Below, piece after piece: positions 1-9,188 of a DNA stretch of 41,917 nucleotides. Origin of the DNA: a virus (taxonomy: Duplodnaviria > Caudoviricetes); the IMG/VR virus record IMGVR_UViG_3300006029_000017, positions 1-41,917 of that record; one strand, 5' to 3'. Under the pieces are notes generated by a model that was not told where the DNA came from, did no database searches, and saw only the letters and a program-made list of their open reading frames with translations. The translations under genes were made by a program, and so were the position numbers. Positions within the stretch are counted from its first letter, which is position 1. Every line of letters starts with the position of its first letter.

Positions 1-1
1 A

Positions 2-397
2 TATTTAATATATGTACATGAAATAGGATTTGACCATGAAGATAAATACTTCTACGAGTTCATATTTAGCGATTCAGTAGATAATATTGATGCAGAAGGA
101 TGGGATTCTTATCCAGCATCAGGAAACCCTACATCACCTAGTGGTGATATAGTTAAACAAGTTGGTAAAATAGAAATTAATAGTAATTTAATAGTTGCCC
201 AAAACAATGAACAATTTTCAATGTGGGATTCAACCGATGGTGTAATTCCATTAGCTTGGGAAAATATCGATGGGTTGGAAGAATACCCAACAAATAGATT
301 GGTTTTCCCTTTTGGTATATCATTAACTGAGGTTAACAATAAATTATATGAAAGGGATATAAGAATAGAATTTAAAAAAGATTATAAAAATGTATAA
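2..397 (+). CDS. Hypothetical phage protein, 5'-truncated by window edge (not in ORF track)
   Basis: Frame 2 is open from base 2: YLIYVHEIGFDHEDKYFYEFIFSD...WDSTDGVIPLAWEN...FKKDYKNV*, TAA at 395-397. It overlaps the next ATG at 390. Confidence 0.8.
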   Translation, partial: YLIYVHEIGFDHEDKYFYEFIFSDSVDNIDAEGWDSYPASGNPTSPSGDIVKQVGKIEINSNLIVAQNNEQFSMWDSTDGVIPLAWENIDGLEEYPTNRLVFPFGISLTEVNNKLYERDIRIEFKKDYKNV

Positions 398-899
398 AAA
401 AGGAAAAGTAAAAGAAATTGATATTTCAACTGATATCAAAACTTATAAAAATAATAAGTATGAAATTGATGCTCAAGTAGCTGATGATGATTTAATTTTA
501 ACTTCAGAGCCAGAGTCAACTAATGAATCTGATATAAGTGAAGATGCTAAAGTTGATTTATCTGGTGTAATTAACTCACTTGGTATCAATATGTTTAATA
601 AAAGTGATGAGGAAAAGGCTGAAATTAAGGGTATGTTAAAAAACTTTATAGGGGCACTTAAAGAAAAGGGGTTTGCAAACATGATAGTACGTGAAGGTGA
701 TGATGAAGATGAGGATTTTCATGACCCTGATTTATTTGATTTTGATGAAGAAAGAGAGGAACGAAGAATGGATGAAGGATTTGATAATTTGATGAAAGAA
801 TTGAAAGAAAATGGTGCGCCATCAATAAAAGTAACTGAGAATATAAATCCTAGAATAAAAAAATCAGATTTAATAAACTACTTAAAAAACAAAAAATAA
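390..899 (+). CDS. Acidic hypothetical protein, possibly head-associated
   Basis: 169-aa D/E-rich ORF; TAATG overlap with the next gene. Confidence 0.75.
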   Translation: MYKKGKVKEIDISTDIKTYKNNKYEIDAQVADDDLILTSEPESTNESDISEDAKVDLSGVINSLGINMFNKSDEEKAEIKGMLKNFIGALKEKGFANMIVREGDDEDEDFHDPDLFDFDEEREERRMDEGFDNLMKELKENGAPSIKVTENINPRIKKSDLINYLKNKK

Positions 900-2122
900 T
901 GTCAAATAAATATAAATTTATTGCTATCAAAGCCATAAGTAAACCTAGAAAGGGTAAGTTGATGACTGAAAGTAGGATTACTTATGAGGATGGTCATGAC
1001 GAAAGAATGTCCCCTAGTTTAGCTGCACAGCTTAGAGAAAAAAATCATTCGTTGGGTAATCACCCAGCATTTCCAGATGATGATGAAAGTAATTTTGAAG
1101 AGAAATTAATGTCTAAACGTTTTACTGACGTTTTAAAATCATTTAAAAGACACCATGGTGTTGACAGTATTGACCCAATAACATTTTTAAAAGAGCAAAG
1201 TCAATTATTGTTACAAATTATTAAATTAGAGAGTAAACATAAGGACCATCTAATTGAATTAGCTATTAAATTAGTTAGAGAGGAATTTGATGTGGATGAA
1301 GATGATGTTGAAATTGAAGCTAAGTTAACTACTGATATGTCAATAAATAAAAATATTGAAGCGTTGAAACTTAAACCAACAACCGATATTGAATTTGATA
1401 ATCACGAAGAATATGTTCAAGCTAATAAAGAAGTTTATAAACGTAGAATGATTAACGCATTAATTCAAGGTTCGGCTAAGAAAACTAACCATATGTTTCA
1501 TATGATTGACCAAGAATTACAAGATTTAGAACCGTTGTTACCATCTAGTTACGCTAAATTAATGACTGGTGCTGATTATATGTATTTTATTAATGATGAC
1601 ACTAAACCTAGAATTATTGGTGGTGTTGTAAATGTTGAATTCCCTAAATCTGAAGGTGATAAACCTAAGATTAGTGTTGAGGCTATGACATTACCAGTGT
1701 TAATTCATGAAATAGTAAAGGGTGTTATGGAAATTTTATCGTATCACGGATTACCTAAAGATTCTAAAGTAGCTCAATTTGTTTTAGACAAAGCTGATTT
1801 TATGTCTGCTGAAAGTTGGGATATGAGATTAGGACCCCCTATATGGGAAAAGTTTTGTGATACAATACCACCTGAAGATTTTGCTCTAAAACATCACCTT
1901 TATGTAGAATTAGTTTCATTGCCAGTTGACGAATTTAACGAATCTTTAAGGGAAATCCTTATGGGTACTAGGTCTGGCAAAGCTAAGATTGATGAACTAT
2001 TAGAAGAAGTCAAAGATGATTTAAAAAATGATGATTTTGATAATGCTATGGATATGTTAAATAATGATGATTATTTAGGCCCTGAAGATTTAGATAACTT
2101 AAATGATGAAGATTGGTTTTAA
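899..2122 (+). CDS. Hypothetical protein with degenerate zincin-like motif (HEIVKGVME)
   Basis: 407-aa ORF followed by a terminator. PVLIHEIVKGVME resembles HExxH with the second His replaced by Lys. Confidence 0.75.
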   Translation: MSNKYKFIAIKAISKPRKGKLMTESRITYEDGHDERMSPSLAAQLREKNHSLGNHPAFPDDDESNFEEKLMSKRFTDVLKSFKRHHGVDSIDPITFLKEQSQLLLQIIKLESKHKDHLIELAIKLVREEFDVDEDDVEIEAKLTTDMSINKNIEALKLKPTTDIEFDNHEEYVQANKEVYKRRMINALIQGSAKKTNHMFHMIDQELQDLEPLLPSSYAKLMTGADYMYFINDDTKPRIIGGVVNVEFPKSEGDKPKISVEAMTLPVLIHEIVKGVMEILSYHGLPKDSKVAQFVLDKADFMSAESWDMRLGPPIWEKFCDTIPPEDFALKHHLYVELVSLPVDEFNESLREILMGTRSGKAKIDELLEEVKDDLKNDDFDNAMDMLNNDDYLGPEDLDNLNDEDWF

Positions 2123-2148
2123 CTTAAACCACAAATAATATTATAATT

Positions 2149-2176
2149 AAAAGAGCACATCATGTGCTCTTTTTTT
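2149..2176 (+). terminator. Rho-independent terminator
   Basis: AAAAGAGCACAT-C-ATGTGCTCTTTTTTT: inverted repeat plus T-run. Confidence 0.85.
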
Positions 2177-2205
2177 GTTTTTGAGGGTTTATAAGCAGTT
2201 TTAGT

Positions 2206-2213
2206 ATATTTAT
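2206..2213 (+). promoter_or_regulatory. Putative late promoter ATATTTAT
   Basis: 12 nt upstream of the terminase ATG. The same motif recurs upstream of other structural genes in sense orientation. Confidence 0.6.
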
Positions 2214-2225
2214 ATATAAAAAAGT

Positions 2226-4046
2226 ATGCTTACAAGTGGTGAAATATTAGAAGAATATGGTAAATGTTTAATGGACCCATGTTATGCGATTACTGAATAT
2301 TTAAAAACTTTTGATAAGACTCAAGAAGGGTTCGTACCTTTTAAACTATTTCCAAAACAAATAGATATAGTAAATGCTTATCGTGAACATAGGTTTACTA
2401 TGGTAACAAAACCTAGACAAGCTGGTGTATCTACTACAACTGCCGCTTATGCCGCAGTTAAAGTTTTATTTGCTAACCCTAATAACCCAGAGGCAATTCT
2501 AATTCTTGCAAATAAGCAAGATATGGCATTTGAATTCTTAGATAAAATTAAAGACTTTATATCTCAATTCCCAAGATGGGTATGGGGTGGTGATTATTAC
2601 GGTACACCTGAAAAAGAAGCCAAAACAATATACTCAACCGAATCTAAAAAAGAACTTAAATTACCTAATGGTAGTAGAGTAAGGGCTGTTGCGACATCTA
2701 AAGATGCGTTAAGGGGTTTTACACCTACTTGGTTAATTATGGATGAAGCAGCGTTTATTGATAATGGAGCTACCGTGTTTGGTGCGGCATTAACTGCTTT
2801 AGGTACTGGTGGAAGGGCTTCTTTGGTTTCAACACCAAATGGTATGGATGAATTGTACTATAAGACATATGAGCAAGCTAAGAGTGGTGATAATGATTTC
2901 CATGTAATTGAAATGAAATGGTATCAAGACCCTAGATATACTATGAATCAAGAAAGTAAGATTAGAGATTTGATTTGGATTAACGATGAAGATGATGATG
3001 ATGTTATTGATGAAGTTGAATACACTCATGACAATTTTGATGCAATGATTAAAAGGGGTTATAGCCCTAGTTCAAGTTGGTATAGAGCTATGTGTCGTGG
3101 TATGAATAATAATAAACGTATGATTGCCCAAGAGTTGGATGTATCCTTTATTGGTTCTGGGGGTAATGTTATTGATGATAAATATATTATTCACCAAGAG
3201 AAGTTTAATGTTAAAGAGCCTTTGTACACCTCTGGTCATGAAGGTGATATTTGGATATGGGAAAAACCCATTGCAGGTCACCAATACATACTATCTTCAG
3301 ATGTAGCTAGGGGTGATGGTCAAGATTCATCTACCATAGTAATTGTGGATTTCACTACAATGACACAAGTAATGGAATATAAAGGTAAGTTACAAGCTGA
3401 TTTATTGGGTTATATAGTTGATGAATATGCTAGGATTTACGATGCCTTGGTTGTAGTTGATATTACTGGTGGAATTGGTGTTGGTACTATTAATAAGTGT
3501 ATGGAATTGGGTACACCTAATTTATATTATGGTGATACCACTAATAAACCTTTAGATAAATTAACTAGTAGAATAACCACATATACAAATGAGGGTAAAT
3601 ACCCAGGTTTTAACTGTGCTTCTGGTGTAAGAACCCCAGTTATTGGTCATTTAGAAATGATGGTTAGAACTGACGGTATTAAAATTCGTTCACGTAGACT
3701 AACTTCTGAAATGAAAACATTTGTTTTCAAAGGTGGTAGAGCTGACCATATGGATGGTTATCATGACGATTTACTTATGGCGTTAGCCTACGCATTATGG
3801 GTTATTGAAAATTCATTCAAAAAATTAACCGTTGCAAAAGAAAAGAGTAAAGCTATGTTAAGTGGTTGGTTAATGTCAAACGCTAGTGATAGAACACCTG
3901 ACTCTGGATATAAAGGTGATGACTTTGTATCTAGAAAGGATAGGAATAAAAAATCAATTAAGAAACCTAATTTTACACCCCAAGTCTCTAAAAACATGCA
4001 AGACCCAACAGGTCAATACATGTGGTTATTTAGTGGGAGTAAATAA
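2226..4046 (+). CDS. terL: Terminase large subunit (T4 gp17-like)
   Basis: FKLFPKQ Q-motif, KPRQAGVST Walker A region, LIMDEAAF Walker B, STPNG coupling motif, nuclease SSDVARG...HDDLLMA. Directly upstream of the portal gene. Confidence 0.95.
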   Translation: MLTSGEILEEYGKCLMDPCYAITEYLKTFDKTQEGFVPFKLFPKQIDIVNAYREHRFTMVTKPRQAGVSTTTAAYAAVKVLFANPNNPEAILILANKQDMAFEFLDKIKDFISQFPRWVWGGDYYGTPEKEAKTIYSTESKKELKLPNGSRVRAVATSKDALRGFTPTWLIMDEAAFIDNGATVFGAALTALGTGGRASLVSTPNGMDELYYKTYEQAKSGDNDFHVIEMKWYQDPRYTMNQESKIRDLIWINDEDDDDVIDEVEYTHDNFDAMIKRGYSPSSSWYRAMCRGMNNNKRMIAQELDVSFIGSGGNVIDDKYIIHQEKFNVKEPLYTSGHEGDIWIWEKPIAGHQYILSSDVARGDGQDSSTIVIVDFTTMTQVMEYKGKLQADLLGYIVDEYARIYDALVVVDITGGIGVGTINKCMELGTPNLYYGDTTNKPLDKLTSRITTYTNEGKYPGFNCASGVRTPVIGHLEMMVRTDGIKIRSRRLTSEMKTFVFKGGRADHMDGYHDDLLMALAYALWVIENSFKKLTVAKEKSKAMLSGWLMSNASDRTPDSGYKGDDFVSRKDRNKKSIKKPNFTPQVSKNMQDPTGQYMWLFSGSK

Positions 4047-4103
4047 TAACTGAATACTATTGATTTAATTCAGATATTTAGTATAATATAGAAAATAAAT
4101 ATA

Positions 4104-6098
4104 ATGGCAAAACAACAATTAACAATATTTCAAAAACTTAATAATGTTTTTGGTAAAGATGGTTTAAACCCAAATGTAAAAAAAACAAATAGATATTCAT
4201 TAGGTAAAGGTGAAATATTAAAAACCCAAGATAAGGGTGAGTTTAATACTGCTAAATTACAATCTCAACAAAATAAATACTTAAATAATTTATGGAATAA
4301 AGTTGACGGTGAGTTATATCAACAAGCGATTCATTATGAAACGACTAGAATTGGTTCTTATTCAGATTTCGAAACAATGGAATTTTACCCTGAAATATCA
4401 GCAACGTTAGATATATTCATGGAAGAATCAACAACCCCGAATGATAAAGGTGATATTATTAATGTTTATTCTGGTAGCAAGCGTGTTAAAAGAATATTAG
4501 AAGATTTATTTATTAATAGGTTAGATATACATACTTCATTACCAATGTGGACTAGAAACCTATGTAAATATGGTGATAATTTCGTTCATTTAAATATTGA
4601 CCAAGACGCTGGTATTGTAGGCGGTAGACAATTACCTAACTTCGAAATAGAACGTAGAGAAAATGATGTTCATGGAATCATATCCCCATCTCAATTAGAG
4701 GGGGTTAACGCAGATGAAAAAAGTAATAAAACTAAATTTTTCTGGAAAGGTAAAGATGTTACTTTTAACTCATGGCAAATAGCCCATTTTCGATTATTAG
4801 GTGATGATAGGAAATTACCATATGGTACTTCTTTCTTAGAAAAAACTAGACGTATCTGGAAACAATTAATATTAGCTGAGGATGCAATGCTTGTTTATCG
4901 TGTAACTAGAGCACCAGAAAGACGTGTTTATAAAATATTTGTTGGTAACATTGATAATGAAGATGTTCAAGCATATGTAGATGAAATTGCAAATAGATTT
5001 AAACGTACCCCACTTATTGACCCTCAAACAGGACAAATGGATATGAGGTACAATCAATTAGGTATTGACCAAGACATATTTGTACCAACAAGAAGTGAAG
5101 ACGCTCAAACCCCTATTGACACATTACCAGGTGCTCAGAACTTAGACCAAATTGCTGATATTGAATATTTACAAAGAAAATTATTTACCGCATTAAGAGT
5201 ACCTAAAGCTTTTTTAGGTTTTGAAGAAGCTACTGGCGAAGGTAAAAACCTTGCATTACAGGATATTAGATTTTCAAGAACAATCAATAGAATTCAACAA
5301 GCAATGTTACATGAATTAAATAAAATTGCTATAATCCATTTATATCTTTTAGGATTTCATGATGATATTGATAATTTTACCATTACACTAAATAACCCAT
5401 CAACACAAGCTGAAATGCTTAAAATTGAACATACTTCTGCTAAAGTAACTCTTTACAAAGATGCTGTTTCTGACGCTGGTAATGGTTTTGGTGCAATGTC
5501 TATGACTAGGGCCAAGAGAGAAATACTTGGTTGGAGTGATGATGAAATAAAGCAAGATTTACTTGAGCAAAGAATTGAGAAAGCAGCCGCAGCTGAATTA
5601 GAAAACACACAAAATGTTATTAAAAATACTGGTGTATTTGATAGGGTGGATAGGGTTTATGGTGATATGGATATGGCTAAAAAAGGTGGTATGGTTGATG
5701 AAGAAGATGGTGAAGGTACTGACGCTGGTGGCGGTAGTGGTGGAGGTGGCTTCGGTGGTGGCTTTGACACTGGTGATTTAGGGTTAGATGATGAAATTGA
5801 TGGCGAGGTAGATTTAGGTGGTGAAGAAGACTTAGGTGGTGAAGACTTAGGTGCTGAAGACTTAGGTGCTGAAGATGTTACAACCGATGAAAATAAACGT
5901 AAAAGTGGTAAATTAATAAAAGAATCTAATACTTTAAAACCTAAAAACATTTCAACTAAAAAATATGTTGAGTTATTAGATGAGAGTGTGACTAAAGAAG
6001 ATATGGCAATTAACGATATAACTAAAATTTACGATAAATCAGTCAAGTTCAACGATGAATTAACTTCTATGATTAATGAAATTGATTCAAAATTGTAA
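4104..6098 (+). CDS. Portal vertex protein (T4 gp20-like) with acidic Gly-rich C-terminal extension
   Basis: EDAMLVYRVTRAPERRVYKIFVGN, IDTLPGAQNL and DIEYLQRKLFTALRVP are characteristic gp20 motifs. Confidence 0.95.
   Translation: MAKQQLTIFQKLNNVFGKDGLNPNVKKTNRYSLGKGEILKTQDKGEFNTAKLQSQQNKYLNNLWNKVDGELYQQAIHYETTRIGSYSDFETMEFYPEISATLDIFMEESTTPNDKGDIINVYSGSKRVKRILEDLFINRLDIHTSLPMWTRNLCKYGDNFVHLNIDQDAGIVGGRQLPNFEIERRENDVHGIISPSQLEGVNADEKSNKTKFFWKGKDVTFNSWQIAHFRLLGDDRKLPYGTSFLEKTRRIWKQLILAEDAMLVYRVTRAPERRVYKIFVGNIDNEDVQAYVDEIANRFKRTPLIDPQTGQMDMRYNQLGIDQDIFVPTRSEDAQTPIDTLPGAQNLDQIADIEYLQRKLFTALRVPKAFLGFEEATGEGKNLALQDIRFSRTINRIQQAMLHELNKIAIIHLYLLGFHDDIDNFTITLNNPSTQAEMLKIEHTSAKVTLYKDAVSDAGNGFGAMSMTRAKREILGWSDDEIKQDLLEQRIEKAAAAELENTQNVIKNTGVFDRVDRVYGDMDMAKKGGMVDEEDGEGTDAGGGSGGGGFGGGFDTGDLGLDDEIDGEVDLGGEEDLGGEDLGAEDLGAEDVTTDENKRKSGKLIKESNTLKPKNISTKKYVELLDESVTKEDMAINDITKIYDKSVKFNDELTSMINEIDSKL
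5826..5875 (+). repeat. 15-bp coding tandem repeat (EDLGG/EDLGA) x3.3
   Basis: gaagacttaggtggt gaagacttaggtgct gaagacttaggtgct gaaga. Confidence 0.9.
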
Positions 6099-6126
6099 TA
6101 ATTAACGATTTTAACCAATCTGAAAC

Positions 6127-6134
6127 ATATTTAT
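6127..6134 (+). promoter_or_regulatory. Putative late promoter ATATTTAT
   Basis: cATATTTATtataaa, 15 nt before ATG 6150. Confidence 0.6.
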
Positions 6135-6149
6135 TATAAAATAGAAAGA

Positions 6150-6938
6150 ATGCAAAATTTTGGACAAATAAATGAAACTTTTAAAAATATTCTAGCTGAT
6201 AGTATAACAACTAAAGATGGAAAAGGTAAAAAAGTCTTTAAGGCTTATGTAAAAGCTATTAAAGAAAATAGCGTTTTAAAATCCCAATATAATGTTTATC
6301 ATAAATTAGAAACAAAAGTTAATGTTACCAACGAAGAAGAACGTACAACAATATTTGTTGATGAATGCATTTCGATACTTAAAAACTTAGGTAAGAAAAC
6401 TATCCTTGAAGCCAATAATAACTTAATAAGTTATTTAAAAAAGAATGGTTATGAACTTTATACCGATGAATATGATTTTAAATCACTTCACGAGCACATC
6501 AATAATATCACCTTTTTAGAAAGGAATATTAAAAACGTTAATAAAATTGTTGAATCTAAGCTTTTCATAAAAAACTATACATGCGTTATTAACGAAGACT
6601 TAAAAAGTGTTAATAAGGTGGTTGAACCTTATTCAAATAAAATATTAATTCCCTTATTAAAAAATAAATTTAATGAAAAGTACTCTAATTTAACTGAATT
6701 AGAAAAAAAGGTAATTAAGTTAAGTATTAATGGTAGTGATAGTGATAAAAAAGAGTTATATAGCACAACGATTATAGAATGTGTGGATTTGATTGACGTT
6801 CAATTAAATGAATGTACCATAGACGAAAAGAATACGCTATTACAAGTTAAAGATAAATTATTAAGATATCAATATAATTCAGACAACTTCACTTCTGAAA
6901 TGAGTAAAATTAATTATTTAAAAACAACATTAATTTAA
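6150..6938 (+). CDS. Hypothetical helical protein in head module
   Basis: 262-aa ORF between portal and protease, preceded by the late motif. Confidence 0.8.
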   Translation: MQNFGQINETFKNILADSITTKDGKGKKVFKAYVKAIKENSVLKSQYNVYHKLETKVNVTNEEERTTIFVDECISILKNLGKKTILEANNNLISYLKKNGYELYTDEYDFKSLHEHINNITFLERNIKNVNKIVESKLFIKNYTCVINEDLKSVNKVVEPYSNKILIPLLKNKFNEKYSNLTELEKKVIKLSINGSDSDKKELYSTTIIECVDLIDVQLNECTIDEKNTLLQVKDKLLRYQYNSDNFTSEMSKINYLKTTLI

Positions 6939-6939
6939 T

Positions 6940-7230
6940 ATGATACAATTTTTACAAGTTTCACCCAATTTAATAAACTGGTTAATTCAACAGGCCCCAG
7001 TTGTTGTGGTTATGGGTGCTGCTATATATTGGTTAGCTAAAAAATTAAATAAAGCCGAGAGTGATAAAGATGGGTTAGCTAAGGATGTTATTAAATTAAC
7101 AACTTTATGGGAAGAAAAAAGTGGTAAGATTGAAGAAAAGAACGAAAAGAGTGAAGAGAAAAATGATAAGGTATCTGAACAAATCTTAGAATTACTTCGT
7201 GATATTAAAGTCTTAGTAACCAATATGTAA
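6940..7230 (+). CDS. Small single-TM membrane protein, holin-like
   Basis: Hydrophobic APVVVVMGAAIYWLA followed by a charged coiled-coil-like tail; 96 aa. Confidence 0.5.
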   Translation: MIQFLQVSPNLINWLIQQAPVVVVMGAAIYWLAKKLNKAESDKDGLAKDVIKLTTLWEEKSGKIEEKNEKSEEKNDKVSEQILELLRDIKVLVTNM

Positions 7231-7239
7231 GTTATAGTT

Positions 7240-7743
7240 ATGAATATATTTAAAAGTTTTTTTAAAGAAAAAAATGAGAATTATTTAAAAGCTGTTAATA
7301 ATCTTAGAAACATTAAAAAAAGATTTGATGGTTTTATAATAAAATTCCCAGATGTTACACCTGATGAAATAATGTTTATTAAAGATAGGTGGGAGGTATT
7401 ACCAGTAAATATTTCTAAGGGTGTTAAAATAATGGCCCTTAATTTTATTAATAATTGCAAACATTTAATCACCGAATATGACTCACACTCTTATATTATG
7501 CCACATATACATGATAATGAATATGAGTATGGAGTTATTTTAAAGGGTCAGTTAATCGACAAATTTACTGGTAAGATATATGAAGTAGGAGATGAATATA
7601 TTTTCAAACCTAATGAAATTCATTATTTATCTTCATATCAAGGGGGTTGTTTTGTATACTCAACATTAAGCACTGATGAAAATTTTTCATTGGGATTACC
7701 ACCAAAAAAAGTTTATGACATATTAAAAATGTCATCTTTTTAA
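7240..7743 (+). CDS. Cupin-fold protein
   Basis: PHIHDNEYEYGVILKG ... GDEYIFKPNEIH match cupin motifs 1 and 2. Confidence 0.7.
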   Translation: MNIFKSFFKEKNENYLKAVNNLRNIKKRFDGFIIKFPDVTPDEIMFIKDRWEVLPVNISKGVKIMALNFINNCKHLITEYDSHSYIMPHIHDNEYEYGVILKGQLIDKFTGKIYEVGDEYIFKPNEIHYLSSYQGGCFVYSTLSTDENFSLGLPPKKVYDILKMSSF

Positions 7744-7796
7744 TAATTAAAATATATTAAAATTTATAAACACCTGGTTTTATGATTATTAGACCA

Positions 7797-7827
7797 CTTG
7801 ACTAAATCCCCAATTGATGTATCTTTA
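7797..7827 (+). promoter_or_regulatory. Bacteroidota-type sigmaA-like promoter (variant)
   Basis: CTTG(7797-7800)-19 nt-TATCTTTA(7820-7827), with ATG 4 nt later. Confidence 0.45.
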
Positions 7828-7831
7828 CCTT

Positions 7832-8299
7832 ATGACATATAATAGAGGTACTGAGATAAAATTGGAATCATTTAAAGATTTAAATGTAACATTTGGCTCA
7901 ATTGATAAACACAATCCAAAAACAATTTATTTAAGGATTAGTGGGTGGTGTAACACAATTAATTATTATAATGATAATAATTATAAAACAATAATAAGGA
8001 AATTTCATAAAGAAATAAGAACTTCATTATTTAAAGAATTAAATAATAAATTTAATAAATCTATGACTATGGTAGATTTAGACATTAGAGAATCGGGTAT
8101 CACCAATGGTAAGTCTAGTTTTATGGGGTGTGAAATAACATTACATCAGATAAATAAACTACCATTAGACTCAGATGAAATCTATCTTGAAATTAATCGA
8201 GTGCTTAGAAATTTGATAGAGGATGTTTTTAAAAGAAATAAACATTTTGAATTTTTTAAGAAAAAAAAGACAGCTAATGAATCATTAACCAAAGCCTAA
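7832..8299 (+). CDS. Hypothetical protein
   Basis: ORF MTYNRGTEIKL..., with ATG at 7832 preferred over the track start 7814. Followed by a terminator. Confidence 0.75.
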   Translation: MTYNRGTEIKLESFKDLNVTFGSIDKHNPKTIYLRISGWCNTINYYNDNNYKTIIRKFHKEIRTSLFKELNNKFNKSMTMVDLDIRESGITNGKSSFMGCEITLHQINKLPLDSDEIYLEINRVLRNLIEDVFKRNKHFEFFKKKKTANESLTKA

Positions 8300-8320
8300 T
8301 CGTAAAGATTAGGCTTTTTT
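8291..8320 (+). terminator. Rho-independent terminator
   Basis: AAAGCCTAATC-GTAAA-GATTAGGCTTTTTT. Confidence 0.85.
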
Positions 8321-8332
8321 ATGTTTATTCGC

Positions 8333-8340
8333 ATATTTAT
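8333..8340 (+). promoter_or_regulatory. Putative late promoter ATATTTAT
   Basis: cATATTTAT immediately after the terminator, 14 nt before ATG 8355. Confidence 0.6.
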
Positions 8341-8354
8341 TGAAAAAGATAAAT

Positions 8355-9050
8355 ATGTCGTCAGAATTTAAAATTATAAGAGGTGGTAAGACAGGAACTG
8401 GATTGTTGATTGAAGGTGATGCTGGTTTTATTGAACCAAATGATATAAGAAATAAACCATTTATTAGTGAAGCTAGTAAGATTGGTAGTGGCGGTGCTAT
8501 TATGATTGAACCGTTAGTTTTATTTGTGGTACTACAAAAGTTTGGTATTGAGAATAGAAATGGTAGAATATACCCAGAGTACATTTTAAGGAGAGAAGCG
8601 ACTAATTACCAAGAACTTATTAGAAATAGGTCAGCTATCGGTGAAAGTGACCATCCAGAATCATCAGTTATTTCAAATAGTAGAGTTTCACATGAAATTA
8701 AAAAGATTTGGTGGGAAGGTCATACACTTGTTGGTGAAATAGAAATTATCATGTCACCAGGTTTTATAAACCAAGGAATTATATCTTGTGAAGGTGATAA
8801 CATTGCAAATATGCTTAGAAAGGGAATTCGTGTTGGAGTGTCTTCTAGGGGTGTAGGGTCTTTAGATGAGATTGCTGGTAAATTAATGGTGCAAGAAGAT
8901 TTTGAATTGATATGTTGGGATATAGTAACTAGTCCTAGTACACCAGGGTCTTATATGTTCAATAGTAAGTCTGAGGCACAGCCATTTATGGAGTCAGAGG
9001 TTAAAGGAAAAAGTCTTTTAATTGATAAATTAAATAAATTTTTATTATAA
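8355..9050 (+). CDS. Prohead protease (T4 gp21-like)
   Basis: NRNGRIYP, GESDHP (catalytic His), GVSSRGVGS (catalytic Ser), WDIVTSPS. ATG 8355 preferred over TTG 8340. Confidence 0.95.
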   Translation: MSSEFKIIRGGKTGTGLLIEGDAGFIEPNDIRNKPFISEASKIGSGGAIMIEPLVLFVVLQKFGIENRNGRIYPEYILRREATNYQELIRNRSAIGESDHPESSVISNSRVSHEIKKIWWEGHTLVGEIEIIMSPGFINQGIISCEGDNIANMLRKGIRVGVSSRGVGSLDEIAGKLMVQEDFELICWDIVTSPSTPGSYMFNSKSEAQPFMESEVKGKSLLIDKLNKFLL

Positions 9051-9058
9051 TAATTAAG

Positions 9059-9086
9059 AAAAAAAACTAAATTTTAGTTTTTTTTT
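9059..9086 (+). terminator. Weak AT-rich hairpin/terminator
   Basis: AAAAAAAACTAAA-T-TTTAGTTTTTTTTT. Confidence 0.5.
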
Positions 9087-9117
9087 GGTTAAATCAGGTA
9101 TTTTGATAAAATACCAC

Positions 9118-9125
9118 ATATTTAT
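9118..9125 (+). promoter_or_regulatory. Putative late promoter ATATTTAT for the scaffold/MCP operon
   Basis: cATATTTATtaag in the intergenic region upstream of 9189. Confidence 0.55.
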
Positions 9126-9188
9126 TAAGTAACTGTATGATTTTAATTATACTAAATTACTAATAATAGTTTAAAACACAATAAACAA

